Of a DNA stretch of 64,000 nucleotides, positions 62,061 through 64,000 are shown piece after piece; the stretch's first letter is position 1; every line of letters starts with the position of its first letter. The notes under the pieces were generated by a model. That model ran no database searches and was not told the origin of the DNA. It was given only the letters and a program-made list of their open reading frames with translations. The translations under genes and the position numbers were made by a program. Source of the stretch: Phoronis australis (lineage: Eukaryota > Animalia > Phoronida); contig NMRA01000015.1 of NCBI GenBank assembly GCA_002633005.1, positions 1,409,439-1,473,438 on the forward strand, written 5' to 3'.

Positions 62061-64000
62061 GACCGGTCAGCCAAGTGTCCTAACTATGCACCCTACACCA
62101 TGTGACAAACATGGTGCAAAAAGGATTGGACACCCATCAACGTAACGGAGCAAGCACGGAGTTGGTAATAATTTCCGCCTTGTCTGCAGGTTTGCGTCCA
62201 CATTACGGCTTGCACTGGAAGGTAAGTTAAACTGGAACAAGTTACCGTAAATCAAATTACCTTGGAACAAGTTACCCTACCTCGATAAGGTGGGGTACGT
62301 TGTCACAGAAACAGCACAACCAAACCTAGAGACATGAATATCTTGTTCTCATTGCACTTTAAATTCATAGAACAAATCTATACATAAATGGATGCACCAC
62401 TCAAGCTTCTCTAATGTAAACAGGCAGAGTAATTCATAAACTGCTTCAACATTCTCTGTTAACATTCAGTCTCTAACTGGAGTGATGTGGAGTAAGCTGC
62501 CTCTGATCTCAAAGTGTTTGTAAACAAAAGGCAATTTACAACACAGAGGAAACCTGTATACACTTTATGACATAATTAGAGGGTAGTTAAGACCATGATC
62601 AGATAACACACTAAAGAATCCACTGGGTTGTGTTGTCATCCTATTAGTACATGTGGCTAAGAATGAATTACCCTTAACCACATTAGGTCCAGTTAATACA
62701 ATAGCTGAACATGATTCATGCTATCTTGGGTTCCTGCTACAGAGGCATCAATGTAAACTGCAAAGTTAGTTGAAAATTTTTAGACTAGCTTCAGTAGTCA
62801 GTGGACATAGAAGTAATCACAAGATGGCACTCCGAAAACCTTATGCAGGCCCAATCTTTAGAATTTGGTAATAAGACACTTACAGGGTTGCTGTATTTTG
62901 AGAACCAGTTTTCTCAAAGTAACAAACTGGTTCTCAGAATCCGGGCCAATGTAAGTGACGTTTGCTGGAGAAATAATTGAAATTTTTTATCCAAACGTTC
63001 ACCCATTTTTAGAGAAAACATTGATCCAGCAGTACTTTTACTTTTTACCAACACAGAAACTGCTGATATTATGGCTCACCCACGGTCACCAAGCAACAAA
63101 TCAGCTGAGACCAGCATTTCACAGTGTTGTAAACAAACTGATTGGAGGTGATGTATAGAGTATCCCAGACTAGCTCATGTGCCTAAATATTATGGTAAGT
63201 AACATAACCATGAGACAAATGACACAGTTAAATGTAAACACACAACACAGGACAGACCACACATTGCACTGACCAGGGGAGTCTGTAAAGTAATTCATGG
63301 TCTGTTGAAGACATAGATCATTAAAAACAAAGCAATGGTCTGCCACTAAACATTCAACCTAAACTACTTGGAGGTATATTAGACTTTAAATCAAAGTATT
63401 GTTTGTTGAATGTATATCTCCTTCCAACACGAGATGCAAAACTGAGGTCATAAATTTTTCTGTTAGAACTGGAATTAGGGACTCTCCATTGACTCCATCA
63501 AATGAAAGACTGATAGTATATAAAGTATGTAATCAAAATTTAATTGAATACTAAATGCATTTTATTTTGTATGCACCACTGACCATCAAAGCGAGTTCCC
63601 AAGCAACTTCTCTCTTTTACACCTGTTTATAAATTTTCCAGAAATTTTTAAGGTGTTGTTAGTTAAGGCACTAGATTGCTGTAAAAATAGCCTGTTGTAC
63701 ACAACTGCTAAGAATTGTTTCAAGTGACTTATAAGCTCAAGAGACTGGGTATGTATTGTTTGTATTCATATTCACATGTGGGGATTGTGGTAAAAATCTT
63801 CACTTTGTGACGCAATATGACGGACAAGTGAAATTTGTCAACAAAAACAATTTTTCATGAAAATTTACTTTGCTTTTAGCATGGTTTGTATGACCTAGAT
63901 ATTAATGACCTAGATATTAAACAAACATTAAGCAAAATATTGAGCATTTGCAGCAACGTGCTAAGCCTCTAAAAAATAGAAATCTGGCAATTACAGCAAA

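Overview
Eukaryotic, AT-rich animal genomic DNA. The repeat style suggests an invertebrate, possibly a mollusc, but that is inference. Almost the whole window is the 5' part of one large minus-strand gene, a neuron navigator (NAV1-3 / C. elegans unc-53 / Drosophila sickie family). I rebuilt 11 phase-compatible GT-AG coding exons (58844 down to 74; 4150 nt, about 1383 codons). They encode the N-terminal calponin-homology (CH) domain, a long Ser/Thr/Lys-rich region with SxIP-type motifs, and the first coiled coil. The C-terminal AAA+ region should lie beyond the left edge. The introns hold minisatellites, many MITE-like inverted-repeat elements and Helentron/HINE-like repeats. Most notable: a 2-kb duplication giving two copies of a frame-asymmetric CH exon (joined at an N, so possibly an assembly artefact), an in-frame 96-nt candidate cassette exon, a partial stop-containing copy of the first CH exon, and a repeat carrying an array of CTCF-like motifs. 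I see no prokaryotic system, CRISPR array or RNA gene, and no clearly new biological system.
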